Assembly (NCBI GenBank): GCA_022563395.1 | Contig: JADFNM010000001.1 | Span: 19,891-83,890 of the forward strand | Source of the DNA: Patescibacteria group bacterium | GTDB taxonomy: Bacteria > Patescibacteriota > Minisyncoccia > Minisyncoccales > UBA10102 | Direction of reading: 5' to 3' | DNA length: 64,000 bases | In this document: positions 20,346 to 29,079 of the stretch, one piece after another | Layout of the letters: each line of letters begins with the position of its first letter | Numbering within the stretch: the stretch's first letter is position 1 | Made by a program: the position numbers and the translations under genes | Notes under the pieces: generated by a model | Databases searched by the model: none | What the model saw: the letters and a program-made list of their open reading frames with translations, nothing else | Told to the model about the DNA's origin: nothing

Positions 20346-20972
20346 AAGTTGTTCTAAAGAAATACTATCTTTGATTGTGAAATCTCCGACACGGGTGCGT
20401 TCAAGCTCGGTGAGATAGGCGCCGGTGCCCAATGTTTCTCCAATGTCTTTTGCTAAAGAGCGGATATATGTGCCGGCGGAACATACAACTCGAATCTTGA
20501 GCGAGGGCGGAGAATATTTGAGCACCCCAATCTCGTGAATCTGCACTTTCCGACTGGGGAGCACCACATTCACGCCTCTTCTTGCAAGCTTGTACGCGGG
20601 AACCCCTTTTACCTTTATCGCAGAATAGGGCGGGGGAGTCTGCTTTATCTCTCCCACAAATGACCTTAGCGTATCCTTAATCTCGCTTAAGTGTGGATAA
20701 CTTAGTGAGACCAAGGATATTTGGCCTTCGGGGTCGCCTGTAGTGCTGGTTTTGCCAAGTTCTAGGGTAGCAACATATTCTTTTTTGGTGTTTTTGGTGA
20801 TTTCAGTGAGTTTTTTGGTATCCTCTCTTCCCACGGCAACAACAAGAACACCTGTTGCAAAGGGGTCTAAGGTACCTGCATGCCCTACCCGCCTTTCTCC
20901 TGTTTGTCTTCTGACTTCATCCACCACGTCGTGGGAGGTTATGCCTTTTGGCTTGTTGATGTTGAGTACCAT
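20310..20972 (-). CDS. truB: tRNA pseudouridine-55 synthase
   Basis: GHAGTLDPFATGVLVVAVG (the catalytic Asp motif). Confidence 0.92.
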   Translation of the reverse strand: MVLNINKPKGITSHDVVDEVRRQTGERRVGHAGTLDPFATGVLVVAVGREDTKKLTEITKNTKKEYVATLELGKTSTTGDPEGQISLVSLSYPHLSEIKDTLRSFVGEIKQTPPPYSAIKVKGVPAYKLARRGVNVVLPSRKVQIHEIGVLKYSPPSLKIRVVCSAGTYIRSLAKDIGETLGTGAYLTELERTRVGDFTIKDSISLEQLRLLKSRLGVDN

Positions 20973-21007
20973 TAAGGGTAAACTTAACTAAACTAAGTTT
21001 AGCAGAA

Positions 21008-22651
21008 ATGAATCTAAAAGAAGAACTCAAAACAGTACTCAAGGGTGAAGTGGAGGACTCGCCAGATATTCTCCAAGAGTACAGCAGAGATGCTTCTCTC
21101 TTTGAGCTAAAGCCCCGGTTAGTTGTATTTCCCAGAGATACAGAGGATGTAAAATCTTTGGTGAGGTTTACCAAAGAACATCCGGAGGAAAACTTGTCTT
21201 TAACCGCAAGAGCCGGGGGAACGGACATGACAGGAGGGCCTTTGACCCAAAGCATTGTGGTGGATATGGCGCGCCACTTTAACAACATTCTTGAGATTAA
21301 AAATAATAGAGCAAGGGTGCAGCCGGGGGTTTGGTACCGGGACTTTGAAAAGAAAGCTGCAAAGCAAAACCTTTTGCTTCCTTGCTATCCTGCTTCAAAG
21401 GACATTTGCACCTTAGGGGGCATGGTAGCGAATAATGCAGGAGGAGAAAAGACCTTGCGTTATGGCAAGACCGAAGATTACGTTATAGAGCTTAAGATAG
21501 TTCTTTTAGACGGAGAAGAACATACCGTAAAACCCCTCTCATTTCAGGAACTTAAAGAGAAGATGGCAGTTGAAGGATTTGAGGGAGGGTTTTACCAAAA
21601 GATATTTAAGCTGGTTCAAGAACACAAATCCCTTCTTGCATCGGTAAAACCCAAGGTTTCCAAAAACTCTGCCGGATACTACCTTTGGAATGTATGGGAC
21701 GGAGCAACTTTTGACTTAACAAAACTCTTTGTTGGCTCTCAAGGCACGTTGGGGATTATTACTGAGATAACCTTTACATTGGTAACGCCAAAAAAGCATT
21801 CTACCCTGCTTGTACTCTTTTTGTATAATTTTGCACCGCTGGCAAAGCTTACACAAAAGCTTCTGAAACATAAGCCAGAGAGCCTGGAATCGTATGATGA
21901 CCATACATTGCAATTTGCAATCATGCACATTCCGGATTTTATTAAGCTCTTGAAGGGGAACATCATCACCTTAGCTTTTCAGTTTATCCCCGAGTTTATC
22001 ATGTTTTTGAAAGGAGGACTAAAACTTCCAAAACTGGTGGTGTTAGCTGAGTTTACCGGAGACTCAGAAGAAGAAGTCTACAAAAAAGCCGCAGCTGCAA
22101 AAAAGGATCTTGCTGGTTTCAAAGCGCTGATGAGAATTACACGTTCTGACAAAGAGGAATTAAAGTATATGACAGTGAGAAGGCAGAGCTTCAATCTGTT
22201 GCGACACCACGTGAAAGGCAAGCGCACCGCTCCCTTTATTGACGATATCATTGTTCCGCCAGAAACATTGCCTGAGTTTTTGCCAAAGCTTCAGTACATC
22301 CTGGCACAGCACCCAAAGCTCGTCTATACCATTGTGGGCCATGTAGGGGACGGCAACTTTCACATAATCCCCTTGATGGACTTAAGAAAGGAAGAGAACA
22401 GAATTCTTATTCCCTCTTTAATGGAGCAAGTGTACAAGTTGGTGTTTGAGTACGGGGGAAGCATGACTGCAGAACATAATGACGGCATTATTCGCACCCC
22501 CTTTTTAGAAGATATGTTTGGCAAAGAAGTGGTAGAGTTGTTTTCTAAAACCAAACAAGTGTTTGATTCTCAGGGTATCTTTAACCCGGGCAAAAAAACA
22601 AAAGGTGATGTGGATTTTGCCCTTTCGCACATAAGTCTCAAAAACAAGTAA
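21008..22651 (+). CDS. FAD-binding oxidoreductase (GlcD / D-lactate dehydrogenase-like)
   Basis: PCMH-type FAD-binding N-terminus (VVFPRDTEDVKSLVRF...ARAGGTDMTGG) and a C-terminal FAD-oxidase domain. Confidence 0.8.
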   Translation: MNLKEELKTVLKGEVEDSPDILQEYSRDASLFELKPRLVVFPRDTEDVKSLVRFTKEHPEENLSLTARAGGTDMTGGPLTQSIVVDMARHFNNILEIKNNRARVQPGVWYRDFEKKAAKQNLLLPCYPASKDICTLGGMVANNAGGEKTLRYGKTEDYVIELKIVLLDGEEHTVKPLSFQELKEKMAVEGFEGGFYQKIFKLVQEHKSLLASVKPKVSKNSAGYYLWNVWDGATFDLTKLFVGSQGTLGIITEITFTLVTPKKHSTLLVLFLYNFAPLAKLTQKLLKHKPESLESYDDHTLQFAIMHIPDFIKLLKGNIITLAFQFIPEFIMFLKGGLKLPKLVVLAEFTGDSEEEVYKKAAAAKKDLAGFKALMRITRSDKEELKYMTVRRQSFNLLRHHVKGKRTAPFIDDIIVPPETLPEFLPKLQYILAQHPKLVYTIVGHVGDGNFHIIPLMDLRKEENRILIPSLMEQVYKLVFEYGGSMTAEHNDGIIRTPFLEDMFGKEVVELFSKTKQVFDSQGIFNPGKKTKGDVDFALSHISLKNK

Positions 22652-22678
22652 TCCACAGGAAGCTATGGGTTGTATGAC

Positions 22679-22708
22679 TTGACGTACTTTTGTTGCCCAA
22701 GGTAGAAT
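22679..22708 (+). promoter_or_regulatory. promoter (TTGACG-18-TAGAAT) upstream of the riboswitch candidate
   Basis: Boxes at 22679-22684 and 22703-22708. Confidence 0.55.
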
Positions 22709-22734
22709 GCTTGCAGAACACAAGTGAAATGACA

Positions 22735-22963
22735 GGAATTCAGAGGAAGTGGGTGTAATTCCCATGCCACAGCCCTGTACCATATGGTACTGGGCGTGGC
22801 CGTGCATCAAATGATGCATGGCTCCCCCGGAACGGTTAGAGCCCGGTCGACTGAATTCCCCTCTATAAGTTTTGGTCACGTCCACTCGAGGGAGGGGGAA
22901 AGCGTCCATGAAAGGAAAAGCTTCTTTCAGGTGACCTTAAAACTCCCTCAGGAGTATTTTTTT
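22735..22963 (+). promoter_or_regulatory. candidate cobalamin riboswitch with terminator-type expression platform
   Basis: Closing helix GGAATTCAG (22735-22743) pairs with CTGAATTCC (22851-22859). AGGAAGTGGGTGTAATTCCCATGCCACAGCCC resembles the GGGAA..GGTG..AA..CC..GC core. AGAGCCCGGTCGACTG (22838-22854) resembles the B12 box AGCCCGAAGACCTG of btuB. ACTCC CTCA GGAGT A TTTTTTT lies at 22942-22963. The downstream genes are DUF4430-type. Confidence 0.6.
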
Positions 22964-22973
22964 GGCTTGAAAT

Positions 22974-23396
22974 ATGAACAAAGGAACGCTTTTCTTGCTT
23001 TTTTCCGTAGTTCTTTTAGGAGGTGGAGTTGCTGGCAGTGCTTTTCTGCAGGGTGGGACAGAGAGTATTGTCCCAGCCCCTAGGACACCAGAGCAACTCA
23101 TCCCTGTCATCCTTGAGGTTGAAGGGACTATGTATAAAGTGAGCGTAAAACCTGGCAGCAATGCGTATGATGCCATGGTGCAAGCTCATGAAACCTCTGA
23201 CCTGAGTTTTGAGGGCACTGAGTTTTCTGGACTAGGGTTTTTTATAGAAGAGATCAACGGATTACGGCAGAATCCCAGGGTTGGGAAGTACTGGATATAT
23301 TACATAAACGGCAAGATGGCAAAGGTTGGAATATCAATATACAAAGTACAGACAAATGATGTTATCTCGTGGAAGTATGAAAAAGAACATGAATAA
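22974..23396 (+). CDS. secreted DUF4430-domain protein (transcobalamin beta-domain-like)
   Basis: Signal peptide, then ...NAYDAM...GFFIEEINGL...KYWIYYINGKMAKVGISIYKVQTNDVISWKY, the DUF4430 pattern. Confidence 0.75.
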   Translation: MNKGTLFLLFSVVLLGGGVAGSAFLQGGTESIVPAPRTPEQLIPVILEVEGTMYKVSVKPGSNAYDAMVQAHETSDLSFEGTEFSGLGFFIEEINGLRQNPRVGKYWIYYINGKMAKVGISIYKVQTNDVISWKYEKEHE

Positions 23397-25473
23397 ACTT
23401 ACCATTCTCGTTGTTTTCTTTGGGTTGGCTTTTGCCGCTTCTGTTCAGGCCAGCAATGTTTCTGTGTCTTTGAGGTATCAGGATACGCTTGTGCTTGACG
23501 CCGTATCTTTTGAGCTTCCTTTGCCGGGAACCGTCACCATTATGGATACCGAGGGAGAAGAAAGATTGGTCAATGTGCAAAGCGTGCTTGGCGTGCTGAT
23601 TGCACTTGATGAAGCTGACGCATCCTTTGAGATGTCAAAGATACAATACTTTGTCGCTTTTGAATCTTTGTATCTCCAATGTATTACCGTAACTTTATTG
23701 GGAAGCGAACCGTGCGACAACTGGTTGTATGCGGTTAATGGAACGTCTCCTGGCTTAGGAATGGACGCTTTTATTCTTACTGGTGGAGAGCAGATTTATG
23801 TATACTTTGGCCCTTCCCATCAAGTTGTTTTGAGCGCAACTACCATAAGCCAGGGAGCATCCTTTCAGGCTACGGCGCAGAATTATCAATATCAAGATAA
23901 TACCTGGGTTCCGCTTACCGGGATAACTATTGGTTTTACGCAACCCGACCTTAAAAACCCATTTTCTCCTATTGAGGTATTGCTTTTAGCCGTAGATGAG
24001 CAGGGGCAAATATCATTAAACCTGGATATTCCGCCAGGGGATTATAACGTGGGCATTAAAGAAGATTTTTACTTTCCAAGCGTTCAGCTTACGGTAGTTG
24101 CGCCCACCCCTACAAGGCAAAGCGGGGGAGGACTGCCCCAGCACGTGCATCGGAATTTGGATGTCAAGAAGGCAATGCAATTTCTTGCCCTTAACCAAAA
24201 TGAAGATGGATCGTTTGGCCAAGGAACATTATTCACCGACTGGGCAGCAATTGCTTTTGGCGCATATGGCGAGGAAAGTCCTATAAAAGAAAAGGTAAAG
24301 GATTATTTGCTTGACGATCCCGATCCAGGCGGTTTTCTCACCGATTACGAAAGAAGAGCTATGGCGCTGATGTCTCTCTCAATAGACCCGTATTCTGGCA
24401 CCAAAACCGATTACATTCAAAAGATTAGTGATGGTTTTGACGGCACGCAGTTTGGAAATCCTAACCTGGTGAACGACGATATCTTTGCTCTTCTTGTTTT
24501 GCTTAATGCTGGATACGAGGCGTCTGAAGGTATTATTGCAAAGACACTGGAGTTTATCCTTTCCTATCAACTGGAGAACGGCTCTTTTGTGGGTGTGGAT
24601 ATGACAGCAGCTGCGGTGCAGGCATTGGCTCTGGTGTCTTCAGAGAAAGGCGTAAGCGATTCTCTTTTGAACGCGAAAGAATATCTTAAGAGCCAGCAGG
24701 AGAATTCTGGCGGGTTCAAAAACGTGTATTCTACAAGCTGGGTAATGCAGGCAATGGCAGCTCTTGGAGAGCCGGAAACATCTTTCGCGGGCAACCAAAA
24801 CACACCCGGAGACTATTTGTACATGCAGCAGGCAGAAGACGGGGGAGTGGAAGAGTCAGATACCAATACGGACAACCGTATTTGGGCAACGTCATATGCT
24901 ATCCCAGCTGGCCTTTCAAAGCCATGGGGCGACATACTCCAGGATTTTGAGAAACCTGCCATGCAGCCAGTTGAGCCAGTTGCTCAATCCTTAAAAGAGG
25001 AGTTGATCCAAGGAGAGATTGCTGCTTTGGAAGTGTCTATAGATGTACTTTCTCAGCACATTGCATCCCTTGCTGAAACTACAAGGAAACTGGGGGTGAT
25101 TGAACTTAAGGTTTTACGCATTGCACAAGAAGTAGAGGCATTAAGACCTCAGGTTGCGGCGCTATATGTTGCTTACCTTGCAAAGCTAGAGCGGCCGCAG
25201 TCCAAAGCATTGGCCCAGCAGTCGAGTACTGAGGTCGCAAAGTCCAACGTGTTAGAAGACGGAACCATTACCTTTGAATCTGAGGCCACGACCCTTAAGC
25301 AAGAAGACGGTGAACAATTCACGGCAGAAGCTGCCTTGACAGCACAAAACTTTTTCCGTTCTTCTGCCGGACAGGCGGTCTTGGCCCTTTTGGTAGGTGT
25401 TATTCTCTTTCTTGTTCTTGGAGGATGGAGAGTCATTCTTTCTTTGGTTCGGCGCCCAAGAACTGTGGTTTGA
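23377..25473 (+). CDS. surface-anchored DUF4430 + prenyltransferase/terpene-cyclase-like alpha-toroid protein
   Basis: Signal peptide (MKKNMNKLTILVVFFGLAFAASVQA). N-terminal DUF4430 (NWLYAVNGTSPGLG...GGEQIYVYFG). Repeats such as QNEDGSFG, QLENGSFVG, QQENSGGF and QQAEDGGV. Coiled coil and a C-terminal TM anchor. Confidence 0.7.
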   Translation: MKKNMNKLTILVVFFGLAFAASVQASNVSVSLRYQDTLVLDAVSFELPLPGTVTIMDTEGEERLVNVQSVLGVLIALDEADASFEMSKIQYFVAFESLYLQCITVTLLGSEPCDNWLYAVNGTSPGLGMDAFILTGGEQIYVYFGPSHQVVLSATTISQGASFQATAQNYQYQDNTWVPLTGITIGFTQPDLKNPFSPIEVLLLAVDEQGQISLNLDIPPGDYNVGIKEDFYFPSVQLTVVAPTPTRQSGGGLPQHVHRNLDVKKAMQFLALNQNEDGSFGQGTLFTDWAAIAFGAYGEESPIKEKVKDYLLDDPDPGGFLTDYERRAMALMSLSIDPYSGTKTDYIQKISDGFDGTQFGNPNLVNDDIFALLVLLNAGYEASEGIIAKTLEFILSYQLENGSFVGVDMTAAAVQALALVSSEKGVSDSLLNAKEYLKSQQENSGGFKNVYSTSWVMQAMAALGEPETSFAGNQNTPGDYLYMQQAEDGGVEESDTNTDNRIWATSYAIPAGLSKPWGDILQDFEKPAMQPVEPVAQSLKEELIQGEIAALEVSIDVLSQHIASLAETTRKLGVIELKVLRIAQEVEALRPQVAALYVAYLAKLERPQSKALAQQSSTEVAKSNVLEDGTITFESEATTLKQEDGEQFTAEAALTAQNFFRSSAGQAVLALLVGVILFLVLGGWRVILSLVRRPRTVV

Positions 25474-25543
25474 CCCCCACACCATAACAAGGTGTGACCC
25501 CGTCCTATTTGCGCAAAGCGCGCACCTTGTTTAGTGTGGGGGT

Positions 25544-25572
25544 TTGAACTCAGGCAGCAGAGAAGATATACT
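25544..25572 (+). promoter_or_regulatory. promoter (TTGAAC-17-TATACT) 6 nt upstream of the ATG at 25579
   Basis: The spacing implies a leaderless or near-leaderless transcript. Confidence 0.6.
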
Positions 25573-25578
25573 AAGGAC

Positions 25579-26019
25579 ATGAAACAAGATGTCTTGCTCC
25601 GTGTTGTACGGACATTAAACCTAAACCCAAAACCTGAATACAGAGGGTTTCGCTGCGCAAACTGCCAGCGCTACTTGCACAAGGCATGGCATCACTGGCT
25701 AACTTCTGGTGGATATAGGATTTCAGTGCATCTTTGCCAATCTTGCGAGGGTTTGTTTAAGCAAGACAAGTTGAAAGCTCGTGGCTTGAGCCGCCCTGTT
25801 TTAAAATCAAGATTCTATACGAATTTTTCTTCTAAGATTCGGAGCCAACTCCGCAATTTTCTTGGTAGAACATCAGCAAAACCGGTCTATAAAAGTTTTG
25901 CCTGCGACAAATGCAGAACCAGTTTGCTGAAAGCCTACCATGTGTGGTCGTTTTTGCGCGGTTCTTTACGTGAACTCCATTTGTGCAAGCGATGTGGAGA
26001 CACGGTCTTTTTGGTATAA
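25579..26019 (+). CDS. hypothetical protein with two tandem CxxC...CxxC zinc-ribbon repeats
   Basis: Internal repeat: YRGFRCANCQRYLHKAWHHW...LCQSCEGLF and YKSFACDKCRTSLLKAYHVW...LCKRCGDTVF. Confidence 0.55.
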   Translation: MKQDVLLRVVRTLNLNPKPEYRGFRCANCQRYLHKAWHHWLTSGGYRISVHLCQSCEGLFKQDKLKARGLSRPVLKSRFYTNFSSKIRSQLRNFLGRTSAKPVYKSFACDKCRTSLLKAYHVWSFLRGSLRELHLCKRCGDTVFLV

Positions 26020-26027
26020 TCTATACT

Positions 26028-26486
26028 ATGAAAATCTATCTTGCAGCAGATCATGCTGGCTTCGATTTAAAAGAAGTCATCAAGAAATATTTAAAAGAAC
26101 AGAGAAGAGAGGTTGAGGATATGGGGGCTTTTACTTTAAATAAACAGGATGACTACCCCGACTTTATCCTGCCTGCTGCCATAAAGGTGGCAGAGAATCC
26201 TCAAGAGAACTTTGGTTTGTTTTTTGGCGCTTCAGGACAGGGAGAGGCCATAGCGGCAAACAAGGTAAAGGGTATTCGGGCAGCAGTGTACTATGGGGGG
26301 TCTTTGGAATTGGTGAAGCGTTCTCGCTCTCACAACAATGCCAACGTTCTTTCTTTGGGCGCAAGGTTTCTAACCGTAGAAGAAGCAATTGACGCCGTTG
26401 AGATGTGGCTCAGAACAGAGTTTGTAGGCGGGAGACACGAACGTCGTATTGAGAAAGTGAAGAAGTTTGAACAACGCAGACAATAA
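26028..26486 (+). CDS. rpiB: ribose-5-phosphate isomerase B
   Basis: MKIYLAADHAGFDLKE...GASGQGEAIAANK...NANVLSLGARF. TGGTATAAT ends 7 nt before the ATG. Confidence 0.9.
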   Translation: MKIYLAADHAGFDLKEVIKKYLKEQRREVEDMGAFTLNKQDDYPDFILPAAIKVAENPQENFGLFFGASGQGEAIAANKVKGIRAAVYYGGSLELVKRSRSHNNANVLSLGARFLTVEEAIDAVEMWLRTEFVGGRHERRIEKVKKFEQRRQ

Positions 26487-26533
26487 CTTAATGAAATTAA
26501 GGAATCCTTAGTCTAGCTAAGGAGAAAGAAACT

Positions 26534-27166
26534 GTGCAAAAAGTTGTACCAGCTATTCTCACTCAAGACCCATCTTCACTAAAGGACCAGCTTGAGATAT
26601 TGAAAAACCACACGAAGTGGGTGCAAATTGACATTATGGACGGTAAGTTCGTCCCTGCAGTTTCTGTGAACATTTCACAACTGCAGGAGGCTTACCAGTT
26701 TTTTAACCTTGAAATTCACTTAATGGTCAAAGACCCAGAAAACTATTTGGAGGACTGCAATGCAGTAGGCGCAAAACGCGTGTACTTTCACCTGGAAGGG
26801 GCGCGGAATCCAGAACAGGTGCTTTCTGCCATGGAGAAGTATCCCTTTCAAAGAGGAATTGCGCTTAATCCAGAAACGACAGAAAACCAGCTCGCCCCCT
26901 ATGCCAAGAATGCGGATGCAGTTTTGCTTCTCAGCGTGGTGCCGGGAGCGCAGGGACATGAGTTTATTCCTTCTACGACAGAAAAGGTGCAGCAGATTCG
27001 GTCTTTCAACCCAGACGTGGTTATCGGCATGGACGGAGGAATTGCAAAAGACAACATAAAACAGGTGTTTAAAGCGGGAGTGGATTACGTTGCTGTGGGA
27101 AGTTCAATCTGGAAAACAGAAGACCCCGTTGCTTCTTTGAGAGAGCTTCAAGAAATGGTAAGCTAG
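26534..27166 (+). CDS. rpe: ribulose-phosphate 3-epimerase
   Basis: VQIDIMDGKFVP, HLMV and GMDGGI motifs. GTG start with AAGGAG 9 nt upstream. Confidence 0.88.
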   Translation: MQKVVPAILTQDPSSLKDQLEILKNHTKWVQIDIMDGKFVPAVSVNISQLQEAYQFFNLEIHLMVKDPENYLEDCNAVGAKRVYFHLEGARNPEQVLSAMEKYPFQRGIALNPETTENQLAPYAKNADAVLLLSVVPGAQGHEFIPSTTEKVQQIRSFNPDVVIGMDGGIAKDNIKQVFKAGVDYVAVGSSIWKTEDPVASLRELQEMVS

Positions 27167-27175
27167 AGTAACTAT

Positions 27176-28057
27176 ATGAAAGAATACTCTATTAAGGATC
27201 TTAAAAAGAAGGCAAACCAGATACGCCAAGACATCATTAAACTCTTGGTTCAGGCCGGATCTGGGCATTCAGCAGGTCCTTTAGGTATGGCAGACATTTT
27301 TACTGCCCTGTATTTTCGCGTTTTAAAGCACAACCCAAAGAACCCAAGATGGAAAGACCGGGACCGCCTCATTCTTTCTAACGGGCATATTTGTCCGGTG
27401 AGATACACTGCCATGGCTCATGCAGGGTATTTCCCGAAGAGTTGGCTTAAAACCTTTCGTAAAATCAACTCAAAGCTGGAAGGACATCCGTCTTTCAAGA
27501 AACTTCCTGCAGTGGAGACTTCTTCTGGCCCCCTGGGTGAAGGGTTGTCGCAGGCCTGCGGGTTTGCCCTGGCTGCCAAGATGGACAACGCAAGCTACCA
27601 CGTGTGGTGTTTGATGTCAGATGGCGAACACCAAGAAGGCATGACCTGGGAGGCAGCAATGCTGGCCTCCAAGTATCGTTTAAACAACCTCACGGTGGTG
27701 GTGGACAGAAACAACATTCAGATTGACGGCGTGACAGAAGATATCATGCCTTTGGAACCCTTCAGGGCAAAGTATGAAGCGTTTGGCTGGCATGTGATAG
27801 ACATGAACGCGCATGATATGAGAGAAATCATTTCTACTTTAGAGGAGGCAAAGGCAATCCAAGAAAAACCCGTGTGCATTATTGCTCATACCATTCCCGG
27901 TAAGGGAGTTTCTTTCATGGAAAAAGACTATAAATGGCACGGGGTCCCGCCGGGAACTGCGATTGCAGGAGAGCCAGAAAAGGAAAAGCAAGTAAAGATT
28001 GCCCTGAGAGAACTTCGTACCCTAAGGGAAAAGATTGAAGCTGCCGACATTGACTAG
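27176..28057 (+). CDS. tkt: transketolase, N-terminal subunit
   Basis: GSGHSAGPLGMADI, SNGH and GPLGEGLS motifs. This is the split form. Confidence 0.9.
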   Translation: MKEYSIKDLKKKANQIRQDIIKLLVQAGSGHSAGPLGMADIFTALYFRVLKHNPKNPRWKDRDRLILSNGHICPVRYTAMAHAGYFPKSWLKTFRKINSKLEGHPSFKKLPAVETSSGPLGEGLSQACGFALAAKMDNASYHVWCLMSDGEHQEGMTWEAAMLASKYRLNNLTVVVDRNNIQIDGVTEDIMPLEPFRAKYEAFGWHVIDMNAHDMREIISTLEEAKAIQEKPVCIIAHTIPGKGVSFMEKDYKWHGVPPGTAIAGEPEKEKQVKIALRELRTLREKIEAADID

Positions 28058-28105
28058 CTGCTTAAATCTCGTTTAGGTGTGGATAACTAAACGAGATTTA
28101 GGCAA
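28058..28105 (+). repeat. DnaA-box-loop palindromic element
   Basis: CTGCTTAAATCTCGTTTAG GTGTGGATAA CTAAACGAGATTTAGGCAA. TGTGGATAA lies at 28078-28086. It starts 1 nt after the tkt-N stop. Confidence 0.9.
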
Positions 28106-28110
28106 ACAAA

Positions 28111-29079
28111 ATGAATTGGTATTTTGCAAAAAACTACTTGGACGAAAAAAAGGTAAAGCAGGAACCCATGCGAAATGGGGCAGGGAAAGGATTGGCTGAA
28201 TTGGGAGAGAAATACAAAGATGTTGTGGTGCTTGCGGCCGATACTGCAGGTTCTTCAAGGGCCAATTACTTTGCAGAAAAGTTTCCCAAAAGGTTTATTC
28301 AGGTTGGGGTTGCGGAACAAAACCTTATTGGCGTTGCAACAGGATTGGCATACCAGGGAAAGGTGCCGTATGCAGTAACCTATGCTGCGTTCTTAATTGG
28401 AAGGGCATGGGAACCCATACGCACTACGGTAGCGTATCCTGAAAATCACGTGGTATTTGTTTCATCTCACGCAGGTCTGGCTACGGGACCTGACGGCCCC
28501 ACGCACCAGATGACAGAAGATATTGCTCTTACAAGATGCCTTCCCGGCTTTACCGTGATAGCTCCTTGTGATGCAGAGCAGGCAAAAAAAGCAGTGTTTG
28601 CCTCATATTCTTTGAAGGGTCCTGTGTATATTAGAAACTGCAGGGAAAAGACCCCGGTGCTTACAACAAACAAGACTCCATTTGAGGTTGGCAGGGCACA
28701 GGTGCTGCGCGAGGGAACCGATGCAACAGTGATTGGTCATGGATACATGGTGTACTGGCTCTTACAGATTGCAGAGGAACTCAAGAGGAAAATTTCTCTT
28801 GAGGTTATCAATCTTCACACCATAAAGCCGTTAGATGAGAAAACCATAGTGCAGTCAGCAAAGAAAACAGGGAAAGTATTTTGCGCAGAAGATCATAACG
28901 TGATAGGAGGCATGGGTTCTGCAGTTGCTGAGCTGTTGGCAGAAAAACTCCCGGTTTCTGTGTTTCGCCATGGGGTGTATGATACATTCGCAGAATCTGG
29001 TTCTGTAGGAGATTTGTGGAAGAAATATGGTCTGGACAAGGAAGGAACAAAAAAAGCATTACTCAAGTTTTTGAAATGA
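28111..29079 (+). CDS. tkt: transketolase, C-terminal subunit
   Basis: FIQVGVAEQNLIGVATGLA...HAGLATGPDGPTHQ. Confidence 0.9.
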   Translation: MNWYFAKNYLDEKKVKQEPMRNGAGKGLAELGEKYKDVVVLAADTAGSSRANYFAEKFPKRFIQVGVAEQNLIGVATGLAYQGKVPYAVTYAAFLIGRAWEPIRTTVAYPENHVVFVSSHAGLATGPDGPTHQMTEDIALTRCLPGFTVIAPCDAEQAKKAVFASYSLKGPVYIRNCREKTPVLTTNKTPFEVGRAQVLREGTDATVIGHGYMVYWLLQIAEELKRKISLEVINLHTIKPLDEKTIVQSAKKTGKVFCAEDHNVIGGMGSAVAELLAEKLPVSVFRHGVYDTFAESGSVGDLWKKYGLDKEGTKKALLKFLK

